From IMG/VR virus record IMGVR_UViG_3300034161_000018, positions 160,001 through 224,000 of that record: DNA of 64,000 bases; one strand, written 5' to 3'. This document shows positions 8,663-18,006 of the stretch, piece after piece. This DNA comes from a virus (taxonomy: Duplodnaviria > Caudoviricetes). Position numbers and translations under genes: made by a program. Numbering within the stretch: position 1 is the stretch's first letter; each line of letters starts with the position of its first letter. The notes under the pieces were generated by a model that was given only the letters and a program-made list of their open reading frames with translations, was not told the DNA's origin and ran no database searches.

Positions 8663-10351
8663 ATGGCAACTCTGAACCTGACCAAACTGGCCGAAGCTTC
8701 GATCATTCTGGACGGCGAGAAAGTAGCAGTGAAACGCGTTCTGAAAACCAAGGGCGAAATCATCATGGCGAACGGCGAGCGTCTGGCGCTGGAAAATGTT
8801 CGCGCTGTTGGCCGTGGCTTTGTTTACGACGCTCCGAAAAAAGCCGCAACCAAAAAGCCAGCCGCTGCCGCCACAACCAAACCGGCTGCCGCTGCATCGA
8901 AAGCCCCAGCAATGAGCAACGCAAACGGTAACGCGCTGGGCCGTGGCGCCCCGGTTACTGCCGACGATTTGCCAGTGGGCAAAATGATTACCACCAAAGA
9001 CGGCGAAAAGCTGGCCGTTGAAACTGTTCTGCCGAAAAAAGGCATCGTAAAACTGGCTGGCAATGTTCGCGTTGAACTGGCAAACATTGTTCGTCGCGGT
9101 CGCGGTTTCGTTGAACTGGACGTGACCGATGTTGTTCCGTCGTCGAAGCCTGCCGCAAAACCTGCCGCCACTAAACCGGCTGCAACCAAACCAGCGGCAA
9201 GCGGCAAAGCGGCTGCGCCTGCCGGTCATATGGCAATCGAACCGAAACAACTGCGCGGCGCTCGCGTAAAAGTTGGTGGCCGTTACGAAACCGTCGAAAA
9301 AATCTTTGGCTCGAAAGGCCAAGTGATGACCGACAAAGGCACCCGTCTGGAAGTTGCAAACATTCACCAGAAGGGCACCAAATACATTTACGGCGAAGTT
9401 GAAGCCGCACCTGTAAAACCGGCGGCAAAAACTCCAGCGGCAAAACCGGCTGCTGAACCGAAAGCTGGTGGCATTCGTCGTCGCGAAGAACCGGTTGACG
9501 TTTCCAAACCAGCGGGCAAAACCGCTGCCGCGAAAACCGAAACCAAACCGGCCAAGATCAAAAAGATCGAAGCCTTGACCACTGACGTTACCGAAGAAAT
9601 CCGCGAAATCGCAGCCGAGTCTCTGCGCAACGCAATCGCCAAACTTTACGACCTGAAATTCGTAACCAGCGGCGCCGTGTTCAACAACGAAGTGGTAACT
9701 TTTGAACTGACTTTCGCGGTCGGTTCGTACACCCCGAAACAAATCGCCGCTCTGCTGGCTGACCTGAAAGCCGAAGAAGATTCGGAAGACTTCGACGATT
9801 CGGAACTGAGCGGTTCGGACGACGACGATTCGGAAGAAGACGAAGACGATTCGGAAGATGATTCCGAAGAAGAAGACGACTCCGAAGAAGAAGACGATTC
9901 GGAAGACGATGATTCCGAGGAAGACGATTCGGAAGACGACGATTCGGAAGATGATGATTCGGAAGATGATGACTCCGAGGAAGATGATTCCGAAGAAGAC
10001 GACTCCGAAGAAGACGACGAGTTTGAAAACGATTCGGACGACGAAGAAGACGACGAAGAATCGGACGACGACATTGACGCAAAAGTTGCTGCCGGTGTTG
10101 CTGCTCTGGAGAAAAAGTTCGGCAAACATTCCTCGTTCCAAGCGTTTGCTGAAAACTACCTGCTGTCTGAGGAAGTTGAGAAAGCATTCGGCGACGACAT
10201 GACTGTTGGCGTGACCAAACTGAAAACCGAAAAAGGCGTTTACGTTCTGGTCGGCCTGCACGACGATGGCGACGTGATCCTGATTAACGGCAAAACTGCC
10301 AAGCTGAAAAAATCGACCATCGCCGCTGTTGCACGCATGGAAGAAGTTTAA
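8663..10351 (+). CDS. multi-domain protein: repeated small beta domains, PAAK linkers, long Asp/Glu tract
   Basis: three related ~50-aa repeats, acidic tract at about 9770-10075; ATG 8663 after GGAG. Confidence 0.85.
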   Translation: MATLNLTKLAEASIILDGEKVAVKRVLKTKGEIIMANGERLALENVRAVGRGFVYDAPKKAATKKPAAAATTKPAAAASKAPAMSNANGNALGRGAPVTADDLPVGKMITTKDGEKLAVETVLPKKGIVKLAGNVRVELANIVRRGRGFVELDVTDVVPSSKPAAKPAATKPAATKPAASGKAAAPAGHMAIEPKQLRGARVKVGGRYETVEKIFGSKGQVMTDKGTRLEVANIHQKGTKYIYGEVEAAPVKPAAKTPAAKPAAEPKAGGIRRREEPVDVSKPAGKTAAAKTETKPAKIKKIEALTTDVTEEIREIAAESLRNAIAKLYDLKFVTSGAVFNNEVVTFELTFAVGSYTPKQIAALLADLKAEEDSEDFDDSELSGSDDDDSEEDEDDSEDDSEEEDDSEEEDDSEDDDSEEDDSEDDDSEDDDSEDDDSEEDDSEEDDSEEDDEFENDSDDEEDDEESDDDIDAKVAAGVAALEKKFGKHSSFQAFAENYLLSEEVEKAFGDDMTVGVTKLKTEKGVYVLVGLHDDGDVILINGKTAKLKKSTIAAVARMEEV

Positions 10352-10365
10352 CGGCCAACTGATTC

Positions 10366-10393
10366 GGGGGCGGGTAACACCGCCTCCCCTTTT
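10366..10393 (+). terminator. intrinsic terminator
   Basis: GGGGGCGG-GTAACA-CCGCCTCCCC-TTTT. Confidence 0.7.
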
Positions 10394-10411
10394 CAAACCG
10401 GAGTGTTTGCA

Positions 10412-11311
10412 ATGAACATCAAACTACCGACGCCAAGCGAAATGCCGACGCGTCTTTTCGACCTTATGGTTCAGCGTTTTCAGATGGAACTGTTCAACGG
10501 TTTCTCTGCGCCGGACACCGCGTTGAATTCGTGGTTTACCGAAAAGCTGGATGGCCGCACCGTGCTGCGCGCAAGCTTCACTTTCGATTACGACATTGCG
10601 GTCGAAGGTGAACACCTGCCGAAAGTTATGGAACTCATGCTGCAAACAGTTCGGGGCGCCGGATGGTTTGCGGAAGTCCACAGCGCCACGCTGGATGTTT
10701 GCGAAATTGATTTTTCCGAACTCGGCGATTCCGAAGACGAAGAAGACGACGAAGACGAACGCGACCCGGACGACTTCGACCCCGCACACGATGCGGGCGT
10801 AATGCTTTCGCTGGATCGTCACGGCGAAGTTGAACCGCCAGCCGAACATTCTGCAAACGTTGACGCTGACGACGAAGACGATTCCGAAACTCAGTTCCGT
10901 GATGATTCGGAAACCGAATTGGAATTCGAGGACGAAGACGATTCCGAAGACGATGACGCCGAAGATGATTCGGTAGATTCGGACGACGATGAAGTTTCCG
11001 AACCGAAACCCGCGCCGACCGGCACCCGCATTCTGGTAGAAGCAATTTCAGAATTCGGTGACGCAATCAGCGCTGGCGCAATTGACTGGACAGATATTGT
11101 CGAGTTGGACGCGACCACTGTTGTGCTGGAACTAATGCGCGATGGAAAAGAACTAGAAATTGAAGTCGCCGCGAAGTTTGACGAAGCGTCTGAAACTCAA
11201 GACGTTGTGTTCCACGTCACGCCTTCGGAAAAACCGACTCTGCATTTTGCTAGTTTGAGTGCGCTCATGGCATACTTGAAAGAGGTCTACGGCGATGCAA
11301 CCAAAACATGA
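10412..11311 (+). CDS. highly acidic hypothetical protein
   Basis: D/E-rich central region; ATG 10412 after GGAG. Confidence 0.8.
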   Translation: MNIKLPTPSEMPTRLFDLMVQRFQMELFNGFSAPDTALNSWFTEKLDGRTVLRASFTFDYDIAVEGEHLPKVMELMLQTVRGAGWFAEVHSATLDVCEIDFSELGDSEDEEDDEDERDPDDFDPAHDAGVMLSLDRHGEVEPPAEHSANVDADDEDDSETQFRDDSETELEFEDEDDSEDDDAEDDSVDSDDDEVSEPKPAPTGTRILVEAISEFGDAISAGAIDWTDIVELDATTVVLELMRDGKELEIEVAAKFDEASETQDVVFHVTPSEKPTLHFASLSALMAYLKEVYGDATKT

Positions 11312-12275
11312 TCCGAGTATCGACCTTTCGGCAGTGATTGGCGCAATACCCAATCACCTGAAAGCCCGGTTTCACAAAGAAATCCACCACGCGTTCGCCA
11401 CAAACCTTTGTGTTTACGGCGCCGATTATGTCACGCATACGGTGATTCATTTCACCAGCGCCGAAAGCCCGCACGTTGCGTTGGCAATCGAAGACATAAA
11501 AGTGGAACTGGAAACCAGCGCGTGGCATATGGCCGTGCGCCAATCTGACCCGCAGTTCATCGAAGTTTATTTGTCGAGTAACGTTGTGCATGTTCAACCG
11601 CTGAACCTTTCCGCGTTTGCGGAAGCGACCGGCCTCGACATTAGCGACGTGCGCGCCGAACTTCCTGAGTCAGCGGCCAATCAACCAATCGAACCGGAAG
11701 TTGTGGCGCCGACCCCGGCCCATGACCACCACGTTTCCGGAATGTTGGCGCTGCAAATCTCTGAAAGGGTTTGCGTTGTTTTGGCTTCCGCGTTTCCCGA
11801 ACGAATCGCCAAGCCGCAAGCGGTGACGACTTCGGCAATCGGCCCGCACGTTTTGGTTACGGCCAACACTGGCGAACTGTTTGGCGTGTGGCCTGAAAAG
11901 GGCGAAGACGAAACCCCGGCGTTCCGGTTCGCGGTGCTGCTCGATCCGCAAACAATCCAATCCGAAATCATCCTCAATGGGTATTCGGAACTGGTGCTGC
12001 ACTTTGCGGATTATCTGGAACCGGAAAAGCCTCGGCGCTTCCAACTGTTCCGGCGTTTGACGGAAAACCCCCGCATCATGGCGCGGTTCCACGTCGCATA
12101 CCGGTTGGCCGAAATCATCGTGACGGAAAAAGATGGTGACGGCAAATCTGTAAAGACTATATCAGAGGCAACCGAAACGCAGTCGCTGTTTAACCTGCGC
12201 ATTGTTTCGGAAAGTGGCGCAAACGATTTCGTTGCGACCGCCGACGATATGGAAAACCTCATACTCACGCATTAA
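11295..12275 (+). CDS. hypothetical protein
   Basis: 326-aa ORF, GAGG RBS. Confidence 0.75.
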   Translation: MQPKHDPSIDLSAVIGAIPNHLKARFHKEIHHAFATNLCVYGADYVTHTVIHFTSAESPHVALAIEDIKVELETSAWHMAVRQSDPQFIEVYLSSNVVHVQPLNLSAFAEATGLDISDVRAELPESAANQPIEPEVVAPTPAHDHHVSGMLALQISERVCVVLASAFPERIAKPQAVTTSAIGPHVLVTANTGELFGVWPEKGEDETPAFRFAVLLDPQTIQSEIILNGYSELVLHFADYLEPEKPRRFQLFRRLTENPRIMARFHVAYRLAEIIVTEKDGDGKSVKTISEATETQSLFNLRIVSESGANDFVATADDMENLILTH

Positions 12276-12286
12276 AGGTGAAGGCA

Positions 12287-12574
12287 ATGCAAGTCGCTCA
12301 ATTCGCAGAAATCATAATGGCTTCGCTCGACCCGGCAGAATCTCCCGCTGGCATCATTGCGAACCATACCGAGCTGGAAGCGGTTGAGGCTTGCATTGCC
12401 CTAAACCTTTCGCTCGCCGCAAAAGAACTTTTCGTTGTTCCGATGAAAGATTCGGGCGACCTGTTGATTGTTCACGAACCGTCGATTGTGGCCGACCCGG
12501 AACTGCGCAACACCCTGATCGGAATAACTGTAAACGATGGATTCAAGCTTATTAAAAAGGAGCATTTGCTTTGA
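12287..12574 (+). CDS. hypothetical protein
   Basis: ORF; ATG 12287. Confidence 0.65.
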   Translation: MQVAQFAEIIMASLDPAESPAGIIANHTELEAVEACIALNLSLAAKELFVVPMKDSGDLLIVHEPSIVADPELRNTLIGITVNDGFKLIKKEHLL

Positions 12575-13878
12575 CTCCGCTAGACAGCCTGTTACACCGT
12601 TTGTATGAGCGGGGCGAATTGAAGTTAACGGCAGAAACCGGAAACATTCATTCGTATTCGTACACGTACTTCGGGCGCATTGCCGAACAACGTGTTGTGA
12701 TTAACCCGGCGATGGAAAAGAAACAATTGCTGCAAATCGTCGGGCGGGCAATGGAAGGAAGTCTGGCCGACATAGCAACTGTTTCGATGATATACAACGT
12801 TGGATACGGCCTGCCGAAAGACGCGGGCCTTTCCGAAGTTTGGGCGCATTACGCAACGGTAAGCCCAGCCGTTTTGGACTTCGACGAAGCATGCCGCAAA
12901 CTGAAAGCGGATTACCGGAACTGCTCCGCAATTGTTTGGCCGGAAGGTTTGACCTTGCCGGTTGAACGCATGGCCGGACGGCTTAGCCGACTGAAACCGT
13001 TTTCGGAAAAGATGCGCGATGTGTTTGTCTCTCCGATTGTCGCTGGCATTCGGGTGATTATGGTTTACCGAAAAGTTGGGGAAGGGGCGCCGCAATTGTA
13101 TGCCGCGTATTACCTCGACAACGGTTCACCGGTTTTAGAAATAGACGCCTTGGTCAAGCTAGGCGCTCCGGTTTACTTAGACGGAACGCAAAACAATAAG
13201 GCGGTCGATTCGTTTGTTCCGTTCGGAAAGGCACGACTAACAATTGTGACCGGCACCATTGCGATTCCGACGAAACTCCACAAGAAGGCTCGACAGTTCG
13301 GCAAGACCACGAAGGACGTTTTCAAAGCTTTGCTCGCTGACACCAGCGCCCGGAAAACTCTGGAAGCTTTCGATAATTCTTTCTATGTCGAACAACTGGC
13401 CGGTTTCCGCAAACGCATCCGCAAACTGGAAGCCAAGCTGAAAACTGTAAAAGGATTACGTCGGGTCAACTTTAAAGCGGAATACGAAACGGCTGTAACG
13501 CACCATGCGAACTTGAAAGAGGCGCTGGCGAAATCGAATCCTGAAACTGAATACGCTAATTACTTAGACACGTTACCTGAATCTTATCTTCGACTGGTAA
13601 CGACCAGCCAATATGATTGGAAGCGCGGCGAATTGTTTGTGTCCAAACTCGCAGCGACCACCCCTTCCGAAATGTTTGCCGCGCACGGTATGACCGAACT
13701 GGTCAACGCCGGTTTGAGGTTCGTTGGTTACGGTACGCAAAAGCGGATCGGCGAGGAACGCTTACGCAAACTTGCAAACGAATTTGAAGACGCGTTAGGT
13801 TTCAAGGTAACTGGATTGATCGTTCAACCCCAATCGGAAACTCCGCAATTCAAAGGTTGCCGGATATTTACCAACTAA
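12571..13878 (+). CDS. hypothetical protein, possibly a degenerate NAD-dependent DNA ligase adenylation domain
   Basis: ORF secure (AAGGAG RBS); LigA resemblance by eye only. Confidence 0.5.
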   Translation: MTPLDSLLHRLYERGELKLTAETGNIHSYSYTYFGRIAEQRVVINPAMEKKQLLQIVGRAMEGSLADIATVSMIYNVGYGLPKDAGLSEVWAHYATVSPAVLDFDEACRKLKADYRNCSAIVWPEGLTLPVERMAGRLSRLKPFSEKMRDVFVSPIVAGIRVIMVYRKVGEGAPQLYAAYYLDNGSPVLEIDALVKLGAPVYLDGTQNNKAVDSFVPFGKARLTIVTGTIAIPTKLHKKARQFGKTTKDVFKALLADTSARKTLEAFDNSFYVEQLAGFRKRIRKLEAKLKTVKGLRRVNFKAEYETAVTHHANLKEALAKSNPETEYANYLDTLPESYLRLVTTSQYDWKRGELFVSKLAATTPSEMFAAHGMTELVNAGLRFVGYGTQKRIGEERLRKLANEFEDALGFKVTGLIVQPQSETPQFKGCRIFTN

Positions 13879-13891
13879 GAGGAACAGAAAC

Positions 13892-14908
13892 ATGAACACT
13901 CCAACCGAACTGCGCAGCGAACAGGCTCAACAAGCTGACCAGATCAACGCAATCTCTCAGGCGTCCAACACCCAACAGTCGCCCGAACTGTCCGAACACG
14001 AAACTGTAAAACTGACTCATGCAGCGGTCGAAGAAATCGTGATTCCGGCAGAAGCCGACGACGAGCCGGACTTTGAAGACGACGAAAGCGAAGACACCGA
14101 AAGCGACAGCGACGAAACCGTCGTTCGCATCGTGCCAACCGCAACCGTTTACTTCCGCGCTCAAGATTCCGCGCTGCAACAAACTCTGGTTTCGGTTCGC
14201 AAACATACCGATTCCGAAGGCGAACAGTTCGACCTGTGCAACCCGATTGCCAGCGGCAAACGCAAAGGCAAACCGGCTGGAGCGGTCGGCATTCTCCGCC
14301 AACCAGTTGCCGAGTTCTTCAAATATTTGGGAACGGTAATTAACCAGAACGTGGTGTTCCTCGGCGCTCGCGAAAACTGTGAAGAATACATGGATCGCTT
14401 GTTCGTCCGTGTTGAAAACCGTTTGGCCGAATTGCTGTACGGCGCTGATCCATTCCTGATGGGCGAAGGTGAAGACACTTACTCCATCGAAAAAACCGAA
14501 CTGTTCTCGTGCTCGATCACGTTGAACACCGAACAGTCCGGTGAAGAAGTTATCGCTTACGTGAACGTCGCAATCAATGTTCACGTTGCACAACTGTTGG
14601 GCAATGTCGATAAAGCCGAAAACGTTTTGAAGCTTTATCAGAAGTTCCTGCAAACTGTGTTCGCCGAAGCCGGTATCGAAACTGTAAACATCGGAGTAGT
14701 ATTCGATGTTGAAAACTTCTCCGAAACCGACAGCCCGGCTTACCGTTTGTTCAACCTTCTGGTCGGCAATGCTCTTTCGGTGAAACCGCAAGCCGTAATC
14801 AGCAAACATTCGTTCAGCGGCCTGCCACACGAATTCGCATTCCAGCAAAACAGCGCGAACACGCTGGTACTGCTGGACACTCAAACCCCTCAAGTTCCAA
14901 AGGTGTAA
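13892..14908 (+). CDS. hypothetical protein with acidic N-terminus
   Basis: 338-aa ORF, GAGG RBS. Confidence 0.8.
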   Translation: MNTPTELRSEQAQQADQINAISQASNTQQSPELSEHETVKLTHAAVEEIVIPAEADDEPDFEDDESEDTESDSDETVVRIVPTATVYFRAQDSALQQTLVSVRKHTDSEGEQFDLCNPIASGKRKGKPAGAVGILRQPVAEFFKYLGTVINQNVVFLGARENCEEYMDRLFVRVENRLAELLYGADPFLMGEGEDTYSIEKTELFSCSITLNTEQSGEEVIAYVNVAINVHVAQLLGNVDKAENVLKLYQKFLQTVFAEAGIETVNIGVVFDVENFSETDSPAYRLFNLLVGNALSVKPQAVISKHSFSGLPHEFAFQQNSANTLVLLDTQTPQVPKV

Positions 14909-14914
14909 ACGGTC

Positions 14915-15487
14915 ATGGCCAAGAAAGAAAAAGTTGAAGTTGCAAAACCGCGCGGTAAAGTCGCCCGTTCCGAAAAAGTTGCACGTCGCCTGAATGGCGT
15001 CAGCGCCAAGACCCCATTCAAAATGTCGAAAGCTGTTTTCGGTATCGAAGCGGTCGCAAAAGTTCCGGTGAGCATTCAAGGCTTCATCGTTGAACAGTCG
15101 AAAGACATTGTGGCTTTCCGCCACAAACGCACCAGCGCATCGAAGCGTATGGTTGTAACCGTGTTCAACACCAGCGACATTCTGGAACTGTTCGGCGTTC
15201 CGGGCGAACCGGCTGAACTGACTGTGCTGATGGATCAAACCATTCGCAAAGCTCAAGGCACCATCGTCGCCAGCACCGCTGCGGGCGTTACCATTCAAAC
15301 CACCAGCGGCGAACAAATTTCGTTCTACCGCACGGCTGGCGTGAAAATCCAAATCAGCGCCGAAGACGAAGAAGGTTCGCAGCCTTCCAATCGCGGCCCG
15401 AAATCCGGCAAGAAAGCTCCGGTCGTTGACATCAAGTCCGGTGGTAAGAAAAAGAAAAAGCGTTCGGATGACGACGACGAACTCTAA
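14915..15487 (+). CDS. hypothetical protein with basic then acidic C-terminal tail
   Basis: 190-aa ORF ending KKKKKRSDDDDEL. Confidence 0.8.
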   Translation: MAKKEKVEVAKPRGKVARSEKVARRLNGVSAKTPFKMSKAVFGIEAVAKVPVSIQGFIVEQSKDIVAFRHKRTSASKRMVVTVFNTSDILELFGVPGEPAELTVLMDQTIRKAQGTIVASTAAGVTIQTTSGEQISFYRTAGVKIQISAEDEEGSQPSNRGPKSGKKAPVVDIKSGGKKKKKRSDDDDEL

Positions 15488-15602
15488 GTCAGCGCCGGTC
15501 GCAAAACTGTAAACCTGTACACGTCACCCGCCGAATTAAATGGTGCCTGCGGCTAAACAGGCACCAATCAAAACACCCAAACAATTTTCGGAGTTGTAAA
15601 CA

Positions 15603-16088
15603 ATGGCTAAGAAACAAGCAGCGAAATCGAAAGCGAAAAAAGCGATCACCCTCGATATGAACATCGTGAACATGGACGCTTTCATCAGCATGCTACTGGC
15701 CCTGCAAGAATCCGGCGCCACCGAAATCGACGAAGCGATTGCGTGGGCACAAGAACAGAAAGGTGAAGAAGCCGACTTCGAGGACGACGAAGACGACGAA
15801 GACGAAGACGACGATTCGGAAGATGATGATTCCGAAGACGACGACGATTCGGACGACGACGAAGACGAAGACGACGAAGACGACGAAGACGAAGATGATT
15901 CGGACGACGACGAAGACGACGAAGACGACGAGGAAGATGATTCCGAAGACGACGACGAAGACGACGAAGACGACGAAGATGACGACTTCGAGGACGACGA
16001 AGACGAAGACGACGACGAAGACGACGAAGACGACGAAGATGATTCGGACGACGACGAAGACGACGAAGACGAAGACGACGACGAGTAA
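15603..16088 (+). CDS. polyacidic protein (about 105 C-terminal residues almost all D/E)
   Basis: 161-aa ORF, GGAG RBS, GAAGACGAC tandem repeats. Confidence 0.8.
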   Translation: MAKKQAAKSKAKKAITLDMNIVNMDAFISMLLALQESGATEIDEAIAWAQEQKGEEADFEDDEDDEDEDDDSEDDDSEDDDDSDDDEDEDDEDDEDEDDSDDDEDDEDDEEDDSEDDDEDDEDDEDDDFEDDEDEDDDEDDEDDEDDSDDDEDDEDEDDDE

Positions 16089-16157
16089 TCCTGCAAACAC
16101 TTCGGCGCCGACTCTAGGGGAAACCTGAGCGAGTCGTAACAACGAAAAGTTTACCCT

Positions 16158-16189
16158 AAGCCCTCGACCCAAAAAGTCGGGGGCTTTTT
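16158..16189 (+). terminator. intrinsic terminator
   Basis: AAGCCCTCGAC-CCAAAAA-GTCGGGGGCTT-TTT. Confidence 0.8.
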
Positions 16190-16234
16190 ACGCGCAAAAT
16201 TTTACTTCCCAAAATCGAAACAAGGAATACAGCA

Positions 16235-16879
16235 ATGGCTGGCAAGAACGACGTAGTGATTCACAAAGGTAAAGAAGTTTCCCGTCTGCGCAAACAACTG
16301 CGCGCCCTGCAATCCGCCCAAACCGGCATCAACAAAGGCAGCGAAGCGCTGGCCGCTCAAATCGCCGACGTTGAAGCGCGCATCGGTGAAGTCGAAGAAC
16401 TGAACGGCGAAGCCGAAGCACCGAAAACCAAAAAAGCTTCCAAGGCCGAAGCCAAGCCTGCCGCCAAAGCTGGCCGCAAGTCCAAGAAAGACGCCGAAGA
16501 AGAAAAGCCGAAAGCCAAAGCTGGCCGCAAGCCGAAGAAAGACGCCGAAGAAGAAGCGCCGGTGAAAGGCAAGGCCGGTCGCAAGGCCAAGGCTGAAAAA
16601 GAAGAAACCAAACCGGCCAAGAAATCCAAAAAGGCCGACAAGGAAGAAGAAGCCAAGCCAGCCAAGAAAGTGAAAAAGGCTGACAAAGCGGCGAAGGAAG
16701 AAAAGCCTTCCAAGAAAGCTGACAAGAAATCGAAGAAAGCCGAGAAGGAAGAAAAGCCTTCCAAGAAAGACGGCAAGAAGTCGAAGAAAGGCTCCGAAGA
16801 AAAAGGCGGCAAGAAAGTGAAGAAAGAAAAGACCAAGCGTCAGGAAGCTGATGACTTCGACGAATTCGATCTGGACTGA
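16235..16879 (+). CDS. histone H1-like Lys-rich protein with N-terminal coiled coil
   Basis: KKA/KPSKK/EEK repeats; AAGGA RBS. Confidence 0.8.
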   Translation: MAGKNDVVIHKGKEVSRLRKQLRALQSAQTGINKGSEALAAQIADVEARIGEVEELNGEAEAPKTKKASKAEAKPAAKAGRKSKKDAEEEKPKAKAGRKPKKDAEEEAPVKGKAGRKAKAEKEETKPAKKSKKADKEEEAKPAKKVKKADKAAKEEKPSKKADKKSKKAEKEEKPSKKDGKKSKKGSEEKGGKKVKKEKTKRQEADDFDEFDLD

Positions 16880-16923
16880 TTCGACGCCGAGCGGCCTGTT
16901 AGCTAACAGCTAACGCGCACCAC

Positions 16924-16956
16924 AAAAAACCACTGACTAACCCTCAGTGGTTTTTT
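16924..16956 (+). terminator. intrinsic terminator, possibly bidirectional
   Basis: AAAAAACCACTGA-CTAACCC-TCAGTGGTTTTTT. Confidence 0.85.
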
Positions 16957-16973
16957 CATTTCTGGAGCAAATC

Positions 16974-17726
16974 ATGCACTGGCTACATTCCGTTGACCAA
17001 TTGGTTTACCACGTAGGTTCCACTAGCCACACAGTCGATGAATACTATCGCGTGTTGTGCGAACTTTTGGAAGATCGACAGTTTGCCGTAGTGTCGTCAT
17101 TCGCGGAAGCTAAACGCTGCGAAGGCTCAAACATTCTTGACGAAGCTATCGTCAAGGACAAGAACGAAAAACAGAATCATCGGCTGAAAGCGGAAGCCAA
17201 TCTGCTGCAAAACAAAAGCCGAAGCATTATTGCGACACCTGCCCTCGACGCCGCCCGGCTAGAGATTTGGGCAATCCAAACCCTCCTTTCGGAAATCGAA
17301 TCCGAACGTGCTTACAAAGACCTCCCCGCCCCTCTCGCCCACCAGAAAATCCAATACTACGAAAACATCCTCGACCTTGCGTGGAAAGCGTTTGTCGAAT
17401 TCAAATCGTATGGCGCCCTGAGTCCTGAATCCAATGCTCAAATGTTGGCCCGAGGTTTGGATTTCAAATTCGACCGTTTGGAAACCCGCGCCGCACTTTA
17501 CGCCTATGTTTGCACCGAAATGGGATGGGCACACCTTTCCCTAATGTCACCGATCTATTTGAACGACCTGCGAGAAACTGTAAACTCTAGACTAGAGAGC
17601 AGTGACGCAATGCAGAAATGTATTGCCACGCATCAATCTGGTTACATGGAGGCCATGCAAAATGGTATCGCAGAGTTTTCGGGAATTGGTAACAGCGGCA
17701 CAAGAAATCAAATATCAGCAAAATGA
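16974..17726 (+). CDS. hypothetical protein
   Basis: ORF; ATG 16974 after GGAG. Confidence 0.75.
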   Translation: MHWLHSVDQLVYHVGSTSHTVDEYYRVLCELLEDRQFAVVSSFAEAKRCEGSNILDEAIVKDKNEKQNHRLKAEANLLQNKSRSIIATPALDAARLEIWAIQTLLSEIESERAYKDLPAPLAHQKIQYYENILDLAWKAFVEFKSYGALSPESNAQMLARGLDFKFDRLETRAALYAYVCTEMGWAHLSLMSPIYLNDLRETVNSRLESSDAMQKCIATHQSGYMEAMQNGIAEFSGIGNSGTRNQISAK

Positions 17727-18006
17727 ACTGCGCACCGCCGCGTTCACTGAGTTCCGGTTCCAACACGGTGACGCGGAACTGGCGTTCTACGCATCGTTCA
17801 ACACCGAGACTTGCCGACTCGATTACAACATTGTGCAAAACGGTTTCGACGTAAAACTCGTTACCGACGTTGAACCAGCCGTGTTTGTTCAATACGGTGA
17901 ATTCATTCGGTTGCACGAAGCATGGGCCGCTGGCCTGAGTGATCGTCCGGTTTTCGTTTCGGAAATCCCTGAGCCTGAATATCAGGAACCAGAAGTGCCG
18001 GAATGA
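17662..18006 (+). CDS. hypothetical protein
   Basis: ATG 17662 after GGAGG; overlaps upstream gene end. Confidence 0.65.
   Translation: MVSQSFRELVTAAQEIKYQQNELRTAAFTEFRFQHGDAELAFYASFNTETCRLDYNIVQNGFDVKLVTDVEPAVFVQYGEFIRLHEAWAAGLSDRPVFVSEIPEPEYQEPEVPE

Noticed and set aside
9770-10075. Tandem GAAGACGAC/GATTCG nucleotide repeats (also 15775-16085 and 22540-23178) considered as CRISPR or satellite arrays
   Set aside because: In-frame, no spacers; explained by Asp/Glu/Ser coding
8522-10396. 624-aa minus-strand ORF, and similar long antisense ORFs at 13868-15352, 23229-24926, 47651-49114 and 59005-60471
   Set aside because: They mirror well-supported + strand genes, have implausible composition and no RBS; shadows of biased codon usage
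16109-16155. CTGAGCGA...GAAA resembling a hammerhead ribozyme core
   Set aside because: Core has an extra base, stems I and II are too weak, and stem III pairing fails
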